Shown here one piece after another: positions 9,323 to 19,032 of a stretch of 64,000 nt of DNA (the stretch's first letter is position 1; each line of letters starts with the position of its first letter). The stretch is from Candidatus Nealsonbacteria bacterium (GTDB lineage: Bacteria > Patescibacteriota > Minisyncoccia > Minisyncoccales > PWPS01): contig PWNV01000020.1 in the NCBI GenBank assembly GCA_003557645.1, positions 78,328-142,327 on the forward strand, in the 5' to 3' direction. Both the position numbers and the translations under genes were made by a program. The notes beneath the pieces were generated by a model. It saw nothing but the letters and a program-made list of their open reading frames with translations, was not told the DNA's origin and did not search any database.

Positions 9323-9429
9323 ACTCTTTAATCTTTATAAAATAATATCTTATTTACCCTCTTTCCGCAAACAAAATTTTAAAAAAATGATAGATATAAA
9401 AATAGGGAGCATAACAACATGCTCCCTTT

Positions 9430-10260
9430 TTAAAAAAGGTAAAAGGATATTCCAATAATTGCTAACCATATGTTTGTAATATTACTTACAAGTATATTAT
9501 TGCCAGCAACTTTTACTCGATTATCTCTTAAAAGAACCAAACAACTCTTAAACTCTGGCCAACTCGAGAGTGTGGCCAGCACCAAAAAACCAATCAAGTT
9601 CTTTGGAACGCCAGAAACTTCCCTAGCAAAATCCACCGCTAAATCAAGAAAAGATCCCGCTAAAAAAAGTAGTATGACTGCTGGAACTATGGCCCAACTT
9701 GCAACATCAGAAGATCTTTCTCCTCTCCTCTCTTCTTTAGGTCTTAAAAAGAAAAAGAGTGACGTCGTTAAAAAAGCTATTACCATCCATCCCAAATAAA
9801 AGTTTTCGGGCACGATGTAAAAAATCAAGGAAAGAGCAGCGGTAAAAGCGATGCAAAGCAAGCCATAAGTAAGCTTTGTTTGTAATAATTTAATAGCTCC
9901 CCCACTTAGTAACATCGCTAGCACAAGCATTACTGGATTAATGACGCTCGAACCTAACGGAGTGCTGGTGCCAAAAAGTGCATCGCCTGTCATAATCCCT
10001 ACCACGAGCACTATCAACTCAGGCCCATTAGTTAAAAAGCCAAGAATAGCTCCAAGTCCTCGAACATTACGAAGAATTTCAATGATGATCTCTATCGCCA
10101 CTCCTATTACGCTCATTATTAGAATAACACATAAAGAAGCTAAGACAGTAACTCCAGGACTCCCTCCACTCTTTAGAGAAAAGGAAAGGAAAAAAAGCAA
10201 AACTCCTGCCCAGATATAAACATCTAAAACATCAATCCATTTCCTTGCACCATAAAACAC
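9430..10260 (-). CDS. Ca2+/cation antiporter (CaCA)-like membrane protein
   Basis: Two internal repeats resemble CaCA alpha-repeats: TNGPELIVLVVG...GSSVINPVML and LSSWPEFKSCLV...VSNITNIWL. Confidence 0.55.
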   Translation of the reverse strand: MFYGARKWIDVLDVYIWAGVLLFFLSFSLKSGGSPGVTVLASLCVILIMSVIGVAIEIIIEILRNVRGLGAILGFLTNGPELIVLVVGIMTGDALFGTSTPLGSSVINPVMLVLAMLLSGGAIKLLQTKLTYGLLCIAFTAALSLIFYIVPENFYLGWMVIAFLTTSLFFFLRPKEERRGERSSDVASWAIVPAVILLFLAGSFLDLAVDFAREVSGVPKNLIGFLVLATLSSWPEFKSCLVLLRDNRVKVAGNNILVSNITNIWLAIIGISFYLF

Positions 10261-10350
10261 TTTTTGTCACCTCCTCCAAAAAAAATATTAAAAGAACAAA
10301 CCCTTTTACACTATAACTATATTATACAATAAATTATCAATTATAGCAAT

Positions 10351-10377
10351 GAAAAAGCCCTCTCGATAACGAGGGGC
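10351..10377 (-). terminator. rho-independent terminator after the MraZ-like gene
   Basis: 8-bp GC-rich stem with one bulge (gccc(t)ctcg/cgaggggc), followed by U5 on the minus strand. Confidence 0.6.
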
Positions 10378-10395
10378 TTTGGGAGAACATAATTT

Positions 10396-10716
10396 CTAAA
10401 AGCACTCAATACTTAGTCTTTCGGCTATCTCCTCCATTCTTTCTTTTGCTATAAAATTCTTAAATCTTTGAGGGTTCCATATCTCAAAGAAGTTCCCGCA
10501 TCCAACAACTAAAGCCTTATCTGTAATCTTGGCAAACTCTTTCTCTTCTCTGGATAAAGCAAGCACTTTTCCCTTTGTTTGTGGGATGACAAAAAGGCAA
10601 CCTTCCTCCTTGTGCCTTCCTATCTTTCCAGCACAAAAGTTTTCCGGGAGTCTTATTTTATCATTTCTAATTTTTACCGAATGCTCTCCGTACATATCTC
10701 TTTCTCCCTTCTTCAA
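10396..10716 (-). CDS. MraZ/AbrB-fold-like small protein
   Basis: 106 aa. The C-terminal VVGCGNFFEIWNPQRF resembles the MraZ repeat end. Only one degenerate repeat is present and it is not next to a dcw cluster. Confidence 0.4.
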   Translation of the reverse strand: MKKGERDMYGEHSVKIRNDKIRLPENFCAGKIGRHKEEGCLFVIPQTKGKVLALSREEKEFAKITDKALVVGCGNFFEIWNPQRFKNFIAKERMEEIAERLSIECF

Positions 10717-10839
10717 GGTACAAAATAACTTTTCGAATGTATTTATTTATACAATAAAAAGGAGTATAGTCAATAATTGCCTTTGACAAGAGATCTTTTT
10801 TCATTATAATACAGTACAATTTTAAAGGGAGGTTTTAGA

Positions 10840-11115
10840 ATGTACACTGTAGAAGGTTATATTATACCAAAGGAAGAAGGTTATTTTTCTATTGAAATGC
10901 CAAAACAATCAATACTACTATCTGTGCGAGAGGTACAATATGGATTCCCCTGTCTTTTTGCGTTTGTAAATCACGAAGCGTCCAAGGAGAGAAGAAATTT
11001 TTTGCATGTTGCTACCGGAACTATTATTGAAGAAAATCCTTCTAACTTAAATTGTATTGGTACGTTTCATCTTAAAATCAGTAACCATGTGGGACATATT
11101 TTTGAGATTGAGTAA
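10840..11115 (+). CDS. hypothetical small protein
   Basis: 91 aa with SD gggagg 8 nt upstream. The pattern ...ILSV..Q.G...LFAFV......R.F.....G......IGTF......HIFEI recalls small beta-proteins often seen in prophage regions. That link is from memory only. Confidence 0.4.
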   Translation: MYTVEGYIIPKEEGYFSIEMPKQSILLSVREVQYGFPCLFAFVNHEASKERRNFLHVATGTIIEENPSNLNCIGTFHLKISNHVGHIFEIE

Positions 11116-11130
11116 TATATCTTCTTTCCT

Positions 11131-11158
11131 AAAAAAGACAGCCTTGTGCTGTCTTTTT
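11131..11158 (+). terminator. rho-independent terminator
   Basis: Stem agacagc/gctgtct with a 5-nt loop, then T5. An A6 on the other side makes it potentially bidirectional. Confidence 0.7.
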
Positions 11159-11257
11159 CAATAAACAAGCCAAATCTTGCCATAGTAATAAAAAAATGAT
11201 AAGTTTTTAGCAAGAAAGACAAAGGTCGACTACAGTTAAAAATAAATAAAATTATTT

Positions 11258-11530
11258 ATGAAAAAAGAAGAACTTGTCGAAAAATTAGCCAAAAAAAGTA
11301 ATGTTTCCAAAAACGAAGCAAGAAACTTCTTGAATACTGTTTTGGATGAAATTAGTGGGTCTCTTAAAAAGGGAAAGGATGTAACTCTGACCGGCTTTGG
11401 AACTTTTTCCGTGGCTAAAAGAAAAGCACGCCAGGGAATCAATCCCAGAACACAGGAAAAAATCAAAATTGCCGCATCAAAGGTTCCCAAATTTAAAGCT
11501 GGACAAGCATTGAAAAACCTAGTTAAGTAA
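11258..11530 (+). CDS. hup: HU family DNA-binding protein
   Basis: 90 aa. Motifs GFGTFSVAKRKARQGINPRT and KVPKFKAGQALK. Confidence 0.9.
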   Translation: MKKEELVEKLAKKSNVSKNEARNFLNTVLDEISGSLKKGKDVTLTGFGTFSVAKRKARQGINPRTQEKIKIAASKVPKFKAGQALKNLVK

Positions 11531-11550
11531 AGTCACTTTTGCTTTAAGTT

Positions 11551-11576
11551 AAAAACACCGATTTTTCGGTGTTTTT
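11551..11576. terminator. bidirectional terminator between hup (+) and maf (-)
   Basis: Hairpin aaaaacaccga-tttt-tcggtgttttt, flanked by an A-run and a T-run. Confidence 0.75.
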
Positions 11577-11585
11577 AATTTGACT

Positions 11586-12167
11586 CTATGTTTGCCAATA
11601 TCCTACCCTTTGGAGCATTGTAACTACCAACGACAAAGGAATGCCCATCAAGTTAAGGTGGTTTCCATTAATTTTTTCAATAAAAGAAGCGCTCAGATGT
11701 TTTTCTGTATCATAGCCAAGCGCAAAACGCTTAAATTCAGAATCTTGTTCAAGGTACGCTTCAATCTCTTTGTCTGAATATTTGCGCATAAAGATTTTAA
11801 CCTCATCATATTCTAGGGCGGTTTCGTTAGTTTTGGTGTTCACCATGTAAATCCCGGTATAATGCTGATGCTTTTCTCCCGAAAGAGATTGTAGTCTCTT
11901 AAAAGCTTCTTCTTTTGATTTTGGCTTTTCAAGAATTTTTCTTTTAAAAAATCCTACCGAATCAAATCCGATAACAATATTATTACTATAATCTGCAGAA
12001 ACCGCTTCCGCTTTCATTTTTGCCAGCTCCTTCACCAATTCTTCTGGCCTGTTTCTTTCCAGCTGCGTTTCATCAACATTACTTGCTACTACCTGAAAAG
12101 GAAACCCTAAGGTAGCAAATATCTCTTTACGATAGGGGGAGGTTGTCGCTAAAATTATTTTTTCCAT
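11586..12167 (-). CDS. maf: Maf family nucleoside triphosphate pyrophosphatase
   Basis: 193 aa. ILATTSPYRKEIF N-terminus and overall Maf layout. Confidence 0.85.
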   Translation of the reverse strand: MEKIILATTSPYRKEIFATLGFPFQVVASNVDETQLERNRPEELVKELAKMKAEAVSADYSNNIVIGFDSVGFFKRKILEKPKSKEEAFKRLQSLSGEKHQHYTGIYMVNTKTNETALEYDEVKIFMRKYSDKEIEAYLEQDSEFKRFALGYDTEKHLSASFIEKINGNHLNLMGIPLSLVVTMLQRVGYWQT

Positions 12168-14142
12168 TTTCTTTTTTTGTTAAGACCAAGATTTCTTGAT
12201 CAAGATTAAAGATTTCTTCCTCTTCTTCGGGGACAATCTTCTTCCAGTCTCCAAGGAAAACATTAAAACCACAAGAAGAAGCTAACTCCCTTATCTTCTC
12301 TGCGGAGTGAAAGTGCCTTAGTATCTCTGATCCTTCAATATATCCGCCGTCCGGATTGCCTGACTCCTTGAAAAACTTAATTGTAACAACATCACCATCC
12401 TTGAGTCGTTTCGTTTCGTTTTCAGGAAACTCTTCTCCCTGATAAAGATAACGAGCATTTGTAGAAGAACTTTTTAATTCTGAGCTCGTGTTTACTGTGG
12501 CAATAAGCTTCCCTCCTTTTTTAAGTTTCTTAAAAAGCAAGAGAAAAAGCTCATTCAGGTCCTCTACGTGATCAATCACATACTTCATTATAACAACATC
12601 CAAGGATTTATTTCTAAGTCTACTAAGATAGGATGTCATCTCCTTGTTTTTAAAAGAAATTACGCTTTTACGTTCTTTGTATTCTGGGGTAGAAATGTAC
12701 TCCTTTGCAAGCTTAATCATCTCTGGAGAAACATCTACCCAGTCAATTCTGCTTTCTGAATTTCTAAGTAGTCTTTGAAAAAGACCGTGATACCTATCAG
12801 GATGTGCTCCTCCCCCTAGCTCAGCAACATAGAGCGGATCAGAAAAGCTTTCTGTTTCTTTCATGATAACCCGATCAACCACCTCGGCAACTTGGAAATT
12901 CTTTTCGTTTTGCTCTTGCTTGGCAAATTCCTTAGAAGTAGTAGGAGAAAAATACATCTTGTAATTTTCTGCAAGATGATTTTTTTTGTCTTTTCCAAAA
13001 AAATACCCAGACAAAATCGGACCCACAAAAGTGGTAATAATACTTAAAAATATAAGTGCCGTTATAAGCTCTTCGTCAATGATCTCAAGGTTCTGTCCAA
13101 CTGCGACTACTGCAAGTGTCGTAGATAGTTGTGGAATCCCACTTACTCCAACAAAAATACTCTGCAGATCATTAAAACCAGCCAATCGAGAAGAAATCCA
13201 CCCTCCTATAAACTTTGAAGTTGTTGATGCTAAAACAATCACACCAAGCAAAAGAACGCTCTCTCTTGCTTCTAAAAAGATTAGAGGATTTGTCTGCGTC
13301 CCGATTACGACGAAAAAAATAGGAATAAAAAGGCCGTAAGCAAGAACACGTATTTTCTCTTTAAGAGATGTTCCTGTGATAGCTTCTGAAAGAATAATCC
13401 CTGCAAAAAAAGCACCAATAATAGAGTGTAATCCCAGTGCTTCTGAGATAAGTACCATTCCTACTAAAACCGCAAAGATAAGGCGAAGATCTTTCTCAAA
13501 AACATCTTTATAGTCTTCGTCAGGGTGCGAAAGACTCTTTTTTAATCGAGGAATTCCCCACCTTACAACACCCACCACAAAAAGAATGATAATAAAAACT
13601 ACCAAAAACAATGGTAAAGGAAGAGGTGTGGTAACAAAAAGATATTGTAGCGCTACGGCAAGAAAAATTAAGCTTGCAATGTCTTGAATCATGATTGCCG
13701 AAACCACCGTACGTCCAATTCGTGAATGAATGAGCCCTCTTCTTTCAAGAAAAGGAATAATGACAGCAATAGAAGAAGAGATAAAAATTATTCCTAACAA
13801 AATAGAAACTGCGATATTATATCCAAGTAAAATACCTATTCCCATCCCTGCACCAAAAGAGATTAAACCGGAAATACCGGCAATCAAAGTAGCCTCTTTC
13901 CAGACAAGTTTCATTCCAGAAAAACGGATATGGAGCCCTGCCATAAACATTAAAAAAACAAGCCCTAGGTTTTTAAAAAACTCTAAAGTAACATCAGGAT
14001 TTACAATTTTAAATCCATGAGGACCCACAATCATTCCTCCTACGATAAGAGCAATTATCCAAGGAACATGAAAACGTCCAAAAACTTGGGAAAAAACAAG
14101 AGCCGTAAGAATGATGATAAAAAATGATGCAAATTCAAGCAT
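12127..14142 (-). CDS. cation:proton antiporter (CPA2-type) fused to a C-terminal class I SAM-dependent methyltransferase domain
   Basis: The N-terminal ~390 aa form a polytopic Na_H_exchanger-like region. The C-terminal ~270 aa carry MTase motifs VAELGGGAHP, WVDVSPEM, DVVIMKYVIDHV and LKKGGKLI. Confidence 0.8.
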   Translation of the reverse strand: MLEFASFFIIILTALVFSQVFGRFHVPWIIALIVGGMIVGPHGFKIVNPDVTLEFFKNLGLVFLMFMAGLHIRFSGMKLVWKEATLIAGISGLISFGAGMGIGILLGYNIAVSILLGIIFISSSIAVIIPFLERRGLIHSRIGRTVVSAIMIQDIASLIFLAVALQYLFVTTPLPLPLFLVVFIIILFVVGVVRWGIPRLKKSLSHPDEDYKDVFEKDLRLIFAVLVGMVLISEALGLHSIIGAFFAGIILSEAITGTSLKEKIRVLAYGLFIPIFFVVIGTQTNPLIFLEARESVLLLGVIVLASTTSKFIGGWISSRLAGFNDLQSIFVGVSGIPQLSTTLAVVAVGQNLEIIDEELITALIFLSIITTFVGPILSGYFFGKDKKNHLAENYKMYFSPTTSKEFAKQEQNEKNFQVAEVVDRVIMKETESFSDPLYVAELGGGAHPDRYHGLFQRLLRNSESRIDWVDVSPEMIKLAKEYISTPEYKERKSVISFKNKEMTSYLSRLRNKSLDVVIMKYVIDHVEDLNELFLLLFKKLKKGGKLIATVNTSSELKSSSTNARYLYQGEEFPENETKRLKDGDVVTIKFFKESGNPDGGYIEGSEILRHFHSAEKIRELASSCGFNVFLGDWKKIVPEEEEEIFNLDQEILVLTKKENGKNNFSDNLPLS

Positions 14143-14232
14143 TTCTTTCTTTTATATTGAAAAGTATTTTAAATTCTAATGTAATCTCTTATTTTTAACA
14201 AACAAAAACAAGATAATTCGTCCTGATTAAAA

Positions 14233-14769
14233 TTATTTTTTTCTAGCAATTCTTTTTCGATATTCTTCTGAGCTCATAATTTTCTTAATATCTGTAATCT
14301 TTTCTGTAAACTCAATTCCCTCTAAATGGTCATATTCGTGCTGAATTACTCGACTTAAAAGTCCGTCTGCTTTGATTTCAAACTTATTCCCCCTCCTGTC
14401 AAATGCTTCAATAGTGATTTTTTGAGGTCTTTTAACGGGAGCAAACAATTTCCCGTAAGCTACACTTCCACACCCTTCATAAATAACTACTTCCTTTTTG
14501 GACAACCAAGTAATTTTTGGATTGATATACACTCTTGAGCCATCTTTCTCCTTTGGGTTTCTATTCTTATTTCTCCGAATCTCTGTAACAAAAATTCTCT
14601 TCTTTTCTCCAATTTGAGAAGCTGCCATCCCAACAAGATTATGATAGCGCATTGAATCAATAAGATTTTGCACAATTTTTTGCGTCTTTCGAGAATTGAT
14701 GTCAGAAACCGTCTTAGAGTTTTGTCTTAAGAGAGGATCTCCTACCTGAACAACATTTTTGACAATCAT
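14233..14769 (-). CDS. def: peptide deformylase (copy 2)
   Basis: Motifs GMAASQIG, EGCGS and HEYDHLEG. Confidence 0.9.
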   Translation of the reverse strand: MIVKNVVQVGDPLLRQNSKTVSDINSRKTQKIVQNLIDSMRYHNLVGMAASQIGEKKRIFVTEIRRNKNRNPKEKDGSRVYINPKITWLSKKEVVIYEGCGSVAYGKLFAPVKRPQKITIEAFDRRGNKFEIKADGLLSRVIQHEYDHLEGIEFTEKITDIKKIMSSEEYRKRIARKK

Positions 14770-14791
14770 TTCAAAATTAATAATTTAATTT

Positions 14792-15319
14792 CTATAGGCA
14801 GTTTAAAATAAACCTTGCTCTCTTTTGCGGTGAAAGCACTGGCACTTTTACAACTTTAAACCCAAAATATTGATACGCTTCTTGAATTAGCTCGTAAAGC
14901 CTTCTTTGTTGCTCCGGACTTTCTGTTCTTACATAGTCGTCTTTATACGGCAACATATCTAGAAGAAAAATCTTTTTGTAGCTAGCCTTTTTCAGCTTGT
15001 TCTCCAGCGTCAAATCAAAAGGAATTTCATATAAATTATAATATGCATAAATATCAGGAATTCCTCGATCTAAAAACACTGTCTCTTCCGTGCAGAGACC
15101 CTTCTCCGTCTTTATCTGCATTTTCATTATTTCGTCTTGAAACGTTTTTGCATCCTTTTTAATTTCCTGTATCGTTAGCTTCTGATTGAGTTTTTGATTA
15201 ATATAGGACCGAGCAATTTCATGAACAACATGATATCCCTCCCCCTCCAAAGAACTTATAACCGTCGTTTTCCCAGAAGAGGGTGCGCCGGTTACAACAT
15301 ACCAGTTATTTCTTTTCAT
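14792..15319 (-). CDS. P-loop ATPase/kinase (AAA_28, NadR C-terminal-like)
   Basis: Walker A TGAPSSGKTT. Start taken at the internal Met (MKRNNWYVV) so that it does not overlap the upstream ORF; the ORF track extends to 15364. Confidence 0.6.
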   Translation of the reverse strand: MKRNNWYVVTGAPSSGKTTVISSLEGEGYHVVHEIARSYINQKLNQKLTIQEIKKDAKTFQDEIMKMQIKTEKGLCTEETVFLDRGIPDIYAYYNLYEIPFDLTLENKLKKASYKKIFLLDMLPYKDDYVRTESPEQQRRLYELIQEAYQYFGFKVVKVPVLSPQKRARFILNCL

Positions 15320-15338
15320 GAAAATTTTTAAATAACGT

Positions 15339-15734
15339 TTACAAAATAAATATCTCCCAGACAACCCAGGTCATAAGGCCAAGCCAAATAAGAAGCGAAA
15401 ACCAGTATTTTTTTAATATACCTCCATCTCTTTCTAAATGATTTATCATTCCCTCAAAAATTTTCTTTATATCTGGTGCTAGAGTTAATATGGCCAAAAG
15501 GAAAGCAAAAACAACCGCAACAAAAACTTCAACAATACTAATCTCCATCAAAAGATAAAATAAAACAATACCGCCAAAGATTAATGCAAAAATAGTGGCT
15601 GAAATCTTATTCCACACCAATCTTATTATCGGATTACTGGGACCGTACCACGCTCTAGGGCTAATAATAAGTGTAATTAATTTAACAATAGAAAGAGCAA
15701 TGAAAACTAAGACGATTATTTCTATATTATTCAT
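15339..15734 (-). CDS. hypothetical membrane protein
   Basis: 131 aa, four hydrophobic helices. Confidence 0.4.
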   Translation of the reverse strand: MNNIEIIVLVFIALSIVKLITLIISPRAWYGPSNPIIRLVWNKISATIFALIFGGIVLFYLLMEISIVEVFVAVVFAFLLAILTLAPDIKKIFEGMINHLERDGGILKKYWFSLLIWLGLMTWVVWEIFIL

Positions 15735-15859
15735 TTTGTTATAATTTTTAAATTATTACTGCTAAAGCATTTACCCTTATAATAACATAAAATAAAAGCT
15801 CTCTAAAGTATCTAAGAGAGCTAAAAAACTTCTAAAGGTTCAAAACGAAAGGAATAATA

Positions 15860-16267
15860 TTACCTGCTCGCAGCATCAACATATAGCATGATCTTAACGA
15901 CCTCTTTTCGCACTTCCTCCGTTATTCCAGGAGTTCTGGAGGCCTCTTTAATCACCTTCTGAAACTTTCTCTTTATTCTATCCTTTTCATTTCTTGTCAT
16001 CTTTTTCCAGGGAGAAAGGCCCCACATATCTTCTCTTTCCCCGATAACCCTTTGCACATTTTTTAACACAATAGTGCAACTCTCTCTGCGATCGCTCTCA
16101 CTACGAGTTGTATCTCTTGAAAGGGAAATACAGTGATTAGCATGTCCAATGATTTCTCGAAGGATAATATCAATTTTCTTCTTTGTTTCTTTATCTCTTT
16201 TATCGTAAAGAAAATCTTCGAGATCATTTAGCATTTCAATAAAAAACATTAAAAACTCTCCTTTCAA
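15860..16267 (-). CDS. hypothetical protein
   Basis: 135-aa charged helical protein. No family recognised. Confidence 0.35.
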   Translation of the reverse strand: MKGEFLMFFIEMLNDLEDFLYDKRDKETKKKIDIILREIIGHANHCISLSRDTTRSESDRRESCTIVLKNVQRVIGEREDMWGLSPWKKMTRNEKDRIKRKFQKVIKEASRTPGITEEVRKEVVKIMLYVDAASR

Positions 16268-16447
16268 TTAAATTATGTAAAGGGCAAGACACCTGACCCC
16301 TCCATTGATACTATACCATATTTCTATAAAAAAACAAACTATACAAATTGCACTTCTTAAGCTTTTCTTTCTGCTCTACCTGATAATATTTGGTTTGCTT
16401 TTTTAAATAATGTATAATTTCAGAAATTAATTTATTAATAAAAAAAT

Positions 16448-17215
16448 ATGAAAATTTTAATTAAGTTGGGCATTGTTTTGGTTTCTTTAGTAGTATTACT
16501 CTTTGGGGGAATTTATTTCATCTTTAACACGGGCAAACAAGTTCAAGTGGAATGGACAGAAAATGATCTCTCTTCAGGATTAGAAAAATCAAAGGTTCTT
16601 ATTGGAGATTTAGAAGAGATTAATCTAAGCACCCTTGCAGAAAACAACTTCTCTACCTCAGGAACTAATGAGATAGAAGATTATTTTACCAGCGAAGAAA
16701 TGAGTGCACTACTATCAACCGCAAACATAAACGGTCCAATTAAAAATATTAATGTATCTTTTGGAGAAAATAATAATGGAGAAGTTAGCTTTGTTCTTTC
16801 AGAAACCTTTACTGATTTCTTGAGAGAACAAGGAATGATCGAAAGGTATGTTGGTCCAGTTGTGTATGCCGCAGAAATTCAGGATTACGTTGACAACACT
16901 CCCTCCGGATTTTCTGTTACTGAAATTATTATTGGATATATTACAAACCTCGTAAACAGAAGTCCTGTTTATGCAACAGGAGAACTGTACCGTGATTCAG
17001 AAAACACGGTAAGAATAAATATTAATAGCCTAAGAGTAGGAAGAATCTCTCTTCCACAAGACACAATAAGAAAAGTAGAATACGAAACGCTAAGAGTAGT
17101 AAATACCATTATTTCTCCAGAAAACGGATTTCATATCGAGGAATTACATATCAAAGACGGAAAATTTCACTACAAAGGAACTCTTCCCGCTGAAGTTTAC
17201 GGAGAGAAGTTATAA
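16448..17215 (+). CDS. hypothetical membrane-anchored protein
   Basis: 255 aa, N-terminal TM helix. One of the few plus-strand genes. Confidence 0.4.
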   Translation: MKILIKLGIVLVSLVVLLFGGIYFIFNTGKQVQVEWTENDLSSGLEKSKVLIGDLEEINLSTLAENNFSTSGTNEIEDYFTSEEMSALLSTANINGPIKNINVSFGENNNGEVSFVLSETFTDFLREQGMIERYVGPVVYAAEIQDYVDNTPSGFSVTEIIIGYITNLVNRSPVYATGELYRDSENTVRININSLRVGRISLPQDTIRKVEYETLRVVNTIISPENGFHIEELHIKDGKFHYKGTLPAEVYGEKL

Positions 17216-17223
17216 AAAATTTA

Positions 17224-17637
17224 TTAATTCTCCCCTGCTTCCTTCTTCCATAATCCATGCACATTGCAGTAAGCTCTCACAGAAAGAATATCTTTTCTAT
17301 TGTAAAACTCTGCTTCTGGCTTTTCTCCTGGCTTTAAAAACTTCTTTCCAGATTTCCCATCAGATACATTTATCTCTATCCATTCTATGTAATGTGCTTC
17401 TTCCATCGGATGTTCTTCTTCTCCTATCTTTATACTGAAACCATCTTTCCCCTGGCATGCATTGGCGGGAAGCTCTTCTATCACTGGTAGATGTTTTTCC
17501 TCTCCCTCTTCTTTCACTTTTTCTTTTAATAGTTCCATTGCCTCATCACAGCAAACAAGCTCCCCTACCCCAGCGTGAAATATTTCTACTACATTTCCGC
17601 AAATATTACACTTATAGATTTCTTTTAATTTTGTCAT
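17224..17637 (-). CDS. desulfoferrodoxin (superoxide reductase, 2Fe class)
   Basis: N-terminal desulforedoxin Cys motif CNICGNVV...VCCDEAM. C-terminal SOR centre residues: HPMEEAHYIEWIE...CNVHGLW. Confidence 0.85.
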   Translation of the reverse strand: MTKLKEIYKCNICGNVVEIFHAGVGELVCCDEAMELLKEKVKEEGEEKHLPVIEELPANACQGKDGFSIKIGEEEHPMEEAHYIEWIEINVSDGKSGKKFLKPGEKPEAEFYNRKDILSVRAYCNVHGLWKKEAGEN

Positions 17638-17684
17638 GTTTTTTTTATTTTAGTTAATTTTATATAACATCTTATAGGTAGGCA

Positions 17685-17903
17685 TTATAACAAGAAACTT
17701 TGATTTTTACTAATAACAAGAGATATTGTAAAAAAATCGGGTTGTAACCCGATTTTTGAAAGTAACTTTAAAAGGAACTCATCTAACTTCTCTAAGTCAA
17801 TAGAATCCGAATCAACTACTCCTCCGACAAGCAGTATGCCAAATATTCCAGTCAAAGAAAAAATAAATAACAAAATAAAAAAGAGCACAATGTATTTTTT
17901 CAT
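17685..17903 (-). CDS. small membrane protein
   Basis: 72 aa with a hydrophobic N-terminus. Confidence 0.3.
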   Translation of the reverse strand: MKKYIVLFFILLFIFSLTGIFGILLVGGVVDSDSIDLEKLDEFLLKLLSKIGLQPDFFTISLVISKNQSFLL

Positions 17904-18079
17904 GAAAAATCCTCCTCATTTAGATCATTTTTCCTTTTATATAATACCATTATTTTAGAAAAAGTCAAATATACTAATTCAGGATGCTTTTTTTGATACA
18001 AAGAGTAAAGATGCTTCCTTTTTAAATGAAAACAAACCCCTAAACGAGGATATCTGTTTTGTATTTAAAATTACACCCG

Positions 18080-18289
18080 CTAATCAAGTCCGGTGAAAGA
18101 GACTATGCTCTGAACTCTTCCCACTCTTCCATCTTCTAGCTTCACCTTTATTCCTCGAGAATGTTCTTTAGAGCTCGTAAGCACGCTCTTTACAATGCCT
18201 CTGGTGAGTTTGCCAGAAGACTGATCTTCTTTTAAAACAATATCTACTTCTGTCCCTGGAAAAATATATTTTCTTTCTTTTCCGTTCAT
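18080..18289 (-). CDS. YwbE/DUF2196 family small protein
   Basis: 69 aa. Pattern VDIVLKEDQSSGKLTRGIVKSVLT...HSRGIKVKLEDGRVGRV. Confidence 0.6.
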   Translation of the reverse strand: MNGKERKYIFPGTEVDIVLKEDQSSGKLTRGIVKSVLTSSKEHSRGIKVKLEDGRVGRVQSIVSFTGLD

Positions 18290-18403
18290 TTATTTCTTTC
18301 TAAAATTTTTGTAAAATTGATTGCTCCAGGTTTTAATTAGAAAAATTTTCATTTTTCTCAAATAAATCAAATTAGATTAATTCTTAGCAAGAACGTTGAA
18401 AAA

Positions 18404-18955
18404 TTACATTTTCGCTACACAGCTTCCGGGACCATCACAATCGTCTGTGCAGATCTCTATCCCCATCTCTTCGTCAAAACTACAAACACTAGGCATGCAG
18501 AGTGCTAGGCAATCTTCTGGACAAGTAGTATAAGTATAGTTCTCACAAACAACAGAGGTACTCTTTTCTTCGTTGCTATCGCTTCTTTGGTGTTTATCTT
18601 TAATGTAAGCACACTTTCCTTCTATACATTGCGGGTTCGGTGCCGGAGCACATTCATTGATAATAGTAACACAATCATCGTAATAATCTCTCATTCTTCC
18701 GTAAAAATAATTTTTATCTGTCTCTTTGTTGACAAAATGATAACATCCAAAATCAATATAACTGCCACCAAGAACTAAAACGTCACAGTCACTATCAACT
18801 TCACAGTAGTTCTTTTCTTCAATTTCTTCCCTTATCTCTTTGTAAAGATTATTGCAGTGTCTACTTTCCTTCTTCTCTAAATAATTATCTTGAGCAAAAA
18901 AGAAAGCACCAGCTGTAATTAATAAAAACGATGTTAAAGCAATTATCTTTCCCAT
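18404..18955 (-). CDS. secreted Cys-rich protein
   Basis: Signal or anchor helix followed by more than 20 Cys in 183 aa. Confidence 0.45.
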   Translation of the reverse strand: MGKIIALTSFLLITAGAFFFAQDNYLEKKESRHCNNLYKEIREEIEEKNYCEVDSDCDVLVLGGSYIDFGCYHFVNKETDKNYFYGRMRDYYDDCVTIINECAPAPNPQCIEGKCAYIKDKHQRSDSNEEKSTSVVCENYTYTTCPEDCLALCMPSVCSFDEEMGIEICTDDCDGPGSCVAKM

Positions 18956-19032
18956 AATATTTTTTGATTTAATTATTTTTTTCTTTAATTTGTGGCTCTA
19001 TTTCTTTTATCTAAAATTTAAAACATACATTT

